Of a stretch of 64,000 bases of DNA, positions 61,501 through 64,000 are shown in pieces (position 1 is the first letter of the stretch; each line of letters opens with the position of its first letter). Source of the DNA: Pseudohongiellaceae bacterium (GTDB lineage: Bacteria; Pseudomonadota; Gammaproteobacteria; Pseudomonadales; Pseudohongiellaceae); the NCBI GenBank assembly GCA_040882255.1, contig JBBEBP010000017.1, positions 22,870 through 86,869 of the forward strand. The letters run 5' to 3'. Made by a program: the position numbers and the translations under genes. The notes under the pieces are model-generated. The model ran no database searches. It saw nothing but the letters and a program-made list of their open reading frames with translations, and was not told the DNA's origin.

Positions 61501-62108
61501 CAGAAGTAGACGCGGAACCCGAGGCCGACCGTGTCATAGCCGTCCTTGCGCTGGTAGTCCACATTGCCGGCGACCCGGCGGGTGAACTTGTACAACAGTG
61601 CCACGGAGGGAATGGTCAGGTTACTGCCATCACCAAAGTCGACGTGGTTGGCGCCCAGCCGCAGTTCGGCTTCAGGGCTCAGATTGATTCTGGCGCCCAG
61701 CCCCAGATCATATCCGTCCAGCGTTTCCTCGCTTCTGTTCCCCTGAAAGCGGGTGCGATCCTCATCTTCGCGGTAACCGATACTGCCAAAAATACTGGCG
61801 GTAGCATTCTCGGCGAAAATGAAACCCAGCGAAGCCGTGGTGGCATTGCTGTCAAAGCGGAAATCGGGAATCTCCTCATTCAGTTCGGAATCCGTGCGGC
61901 TGGCGGCGACAAAGAAATCCTCCAGAAAACGGTAACTGCCGCTGACATGCCAGCCGTGCATGTCGAACCCGCCGATCTGACCATTGCGGTAATCCAGCTG
62001 CAGGTAGTTGTAGTTGGACGCATCCGCCTGCGCCAACGCCGGTGTCAGGCTGAGTACTACTGCGGCGCCCACCAGAAGAGCCGGTATCTTTCCATATCCG
62101 GAATTCAT
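61500..62108 (-). CDS. Outer-membrane beta-barrel (OmpW/OmpA-like porin family) protein
   Basis: Signal peptide GAAVVLSLTPALAQA. Alternating amphipathic strands. C-terminal GLGFRVYF ends in an aromatic residue. Confidence 0.7.
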   Translation of the reverse strand: MNSGYGKIPALLVGAAVVLSLTPALAQADASNYNYLQLDYRNGQIGGFDMHGWHVSGSYRFLEDFFVAASRTDSELNEEIPDFRFDSNATTASLGFIFAENATASIFGSIGYREDEDRTRFQGNRSEETLDGYDLGLGARINLSPEAELRLGANHVDFGDGSNLTIPSVALLYKFTRRVAGNVDYQRKDGYDTVGLGFRVYF

Positions 62109-62251
62109 GTGACTATCTCCCCCTCACGTTGTTTTTGTCTGTTGCACTGACCGGCGCGCATTTGCCCGGCTACTGCGCGCCGAGTATACCAGAGTCACCT
62201 GGTTCCGAAGGTATCCCGCCGGGCTTTCGAGGATGTGCGGAAGGATTGTAA

Positions 62252-62281
62252 TTGACAATTATTGTCTATATATGCCATATA
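62252..62281 (+). promoter_or_regulatory. Candidate parDE promoter with overlapping palindromic operator
   Basis: TTGACA (62252-62257), then N18, then CATATA (62276-62281). The palindrome AATTGACAATT (62250-62260) overlaps the -35, as expected for antitoxin autoregulation. Confidence 0.35.
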
Positions 62282-62303
62282 CAGGCACAGGAGGCTTCCC
62301 GCA

Positions 62304-62546
62304 ATGACAACCATGAACATCTCACTGCCCGAGAGCATGAAGGACTGGGTCGAGCAACAGGCCCGATCAGGGCGCTACAACAATACCAGCGACTATGTCC
62401 GCGACCTGATCCGCCAGGACCAGGACAGGGATGATCGGCTGCGTCGCATGCAGGCCCTCATCACGGAAGGGCTGGAAAGCGGAATCAGCGATGCATCCAT
62501 GGATGACATCCGAAGACGGGCCAGGGAGTGCATGAACGCAGATTGA
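62304..62546 (+). CDS. parD: Type II antitoxin ParD (RHH/CopG family)
   Basis: MTTMNISLPESMKDWVEQQARSGRYNNTSDYVRDLIRQDQ is the ParD pattern. GGAGG lies upstream of ATG 62304. Confidence 0.85.
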   Translation: MTTMNISLPESMKDWVEQQARSGRYNNTSDYVRDLIRQDQDRDDRLRRMQALITEGLESGISDASMDDIRRRARECMNAD

Positions 62547-62553
62547 GGCAAGG

Positions 62554-62868
62554 ATGGCCTACAGTACAAGCAGGAAAGCAGAACAGGACATTCTGGACAT
62601 ATACTTATTCACCGCGACAAATTTCGGTTCTCATCAGGCAGATCGCTATCATGAGATACTTTCAGACGCGATGAGTCGGCTGGCACATCATCCGTACGCA
62701 GCCGAAGAACGGCATGGAACTATCCCTTCCGTAAGAGTCTATCCCTGCAAATCTCACCCCATCATTTACAGAGTGGATGAACACGACCAAGTCCACGTGA
62801 TCAGAGTTCGACATGTCAGAGAAGACTGGCAGCATTACCGCCACGCTGACAGATTTTTGAGCGAGTAA
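62554..62868 (+). CDS. parE: Type II toxin ParE (RelE/ParE superfamily)
   Basis: 104 aa. RKAEQDILDIYLFTATNFGSHQADRYHEIL...HPIIYRVDEHDQVHVIRVRH is typical of ParE. It starts 8 nt after parD. Confidence 0.85.
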   Translation: MAYSTSRKAEQDILDIYLFTATNFGSHQADRYHEILSDAMSRLAHHPYAAEERHGTIPSVRVYPCKSHPIIYRVDEHDQVHVIRVRHVREDWQHYRHADRFLSE

Positions 62869-63049
62869 ATGCCACACCGGACTGTCTGGACTTCAATGAG
62901 GCCTCAGCATTGAGCTGAGGAATACTGTCCAAGAAAAGCGCCCACCCTCCTAGCCTTCAGGCGATCAGAATAAGAATAAGAATACATGAACTACCTCCAA
63001 AGTAGTCCAAGATTTCCGCCGCACCCTCCATGCGGACAAACTAAACCGA

Positions 63050-64000
63050 TGTTGACACTGCCTACGCGGCAGTGAAGCGTAATTGTCGCTCAGCGGATCG
63101 CTGTAGCCTTTTCTGAGCTGCCTACGCGGCAGTGAAGGGATCGAAGTCGTTCGTCACGTCAACCGGAGATTTCTGAACTGCCTACGCGGCAGTGAAGTCG
63201 ATATGCGGTATTTCGCAGCGGATGGGAGCTTTCTGAGCTGCCTACGCGGCAGTGAAGAACGCCAGCGGCCCGAAGCACGTGGCTGTCATTTTCTGAGCTG
63301 CCTACGCGGCAGTGAAGGGGAGGCGTCATGAACACCGTCACCATCAACTTTTCTGAGCTGCCTACGCGGCAGTGAAGGCGCCAACCTTTTCGCCCGGACC
63401 ACGCACAATTTTCTGAGCTGCCTACGCGGCAGTGAAGCAGGTACTGCGACGCCCGGTCAATGAATGCCGTTTCTGAGCTGCCTACGCGGCAGTGAAGCCC
63501 AACCCACCAGCGGTCTGACCGTTCAGGATTTTCTGAGCTGCCTACGCGGCAGTGAAGTCAACATGACTCTCGATCCGCGTGGCGATGGTTTTCTGAGCTG
63601 CCTACGCGGCAGTGAAGCTCGGTATCCACATTCAGGGCCGGACTAATCATTTCTGAGCTGCCTACGCGGCAGTGAAGGCCTGGAAGTGGGTGGCCGATGC
63701 CACCGGAGATTTCTGAGCTGCCTACGCGGCAGTGAAGCAGCGTCTGGCCGGGCTGAACGATCAGCTTATTTTCTGAGCTGCCTACGCGGCAGTGAAGCCG
63801 GTGCAGCGTTTGCGGCAGCTCCTGGTCCATTTCTGAGCTGCCTACGCGGCAGTGAAGGGCGCGTGCCGCCCTTGCCGTACCACCCGGGCTTTCTGAGCTG
63901 CCTACGCGGCAGTGAAGGACCTCCCGATCTGTGCGGCTGCGCGGACTATTTTCTGAGCTGCCTACGCGGCAGTGAAGCAGTCGGCCTGGGCGGACGGCTT
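63050..64000 (-). CRISPR. Type I-F CRISPR array, truncated by window edge (16 repeats, 15 full 32-nt spacers plus 1 partial)
   Basis: A 28-nt repeat recurs every 60 bp from 63050 to 63950. On the minus strand it reads CTTCACTGCCGCGTAGGCAGCTCAGAAA, compared with the I-F consensus GTTCACTGCCGTRTAGGCAGCTAAGAAA, and has the Cas6f hairpin CTGCC-GCGTA-GGCAG. The repeat at 63050 is degenerate (trailer end). The repeat at 63170 has one substitution. Confidence 0.95.

Noticed and set aside
62960-62990. Micro-tandem repeat aataagaataagaata next to the CRISPR trailer
   Set aside because: It is too short, at under three units, to call a repeat feature. It is probably simple AT-rich trailer sequence.
63078-63109. 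Oldest spacer (cgtaattgtcgctcagcggatcgctgtagcct) shares 20 of 22 consecutive positions with the arm of palindromic element E1 (31617-31638)
   Set aside because: Overall identity is only 21/32. I estimate that a 12-mer exact match is expected by chance in a GC-rich 128-kb two-strand search. No convincing seed plus PAM logic could be established by eye. It is worth an automated check but is not evidence of self-targeting.
63159-63830. ORFs inside the CRISPR array (63159..63347, 63464..63646, 63558..63830) with repeated LHCRVGSSE / FLSCLRGSE peptides
   Set aside because: The periodic peptide is just the translated 28-nt repeat. These are an artefact of the array.

Overview
High-GC (about 60% by eye) gammaproteobacterial chromosome segment. 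Its gene order resembles the Pseudomonas/Oceanospirillales core. Core content: the minor-pilin operon fimU-pilVWX-pilY1 (pilY1 runs off the left edge and is missing from the ORF track); a phoPQ-like two-component operon; miaB-ybeZ-ybeY-corC; leuS-lptE-holA; the inverted block proA-nadD-rsfS-rlmH-mrdA-rlpA-dacA-ybeD-lipB; serA/serC/greB; mltB; a FabY-type ketosynthase; class I fumarase; and sodB. Accessory or unusual content: (1) a lower-GC 3-gene islet with an acyltransferase-like ORF, an ICMT-type membrane methyltransferase and a divergent membrane class III cyclase-like protein; (2) a 3.2-kb islet at tRNA-Leu(UAG), bounded by a 26-bp direct repeat of the tRNA 3' end, carrying a TPR-sulfotransferase and a PEP-CTERM protein; (3) two 165-168-bp almost perfectly palindromic intergenic elements flanked by CTAG, plus one decayed candidate; (4) parDE next to the trailer end of a type I-F CRISPR array (16 repeats, period 60 bp) that runs off the right edge with no cas genes in view. 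I also found candidate PhoP-box and CRP-box operators. All functional calls rest on motifs recognised by eye and on synteny. No database search was possible.
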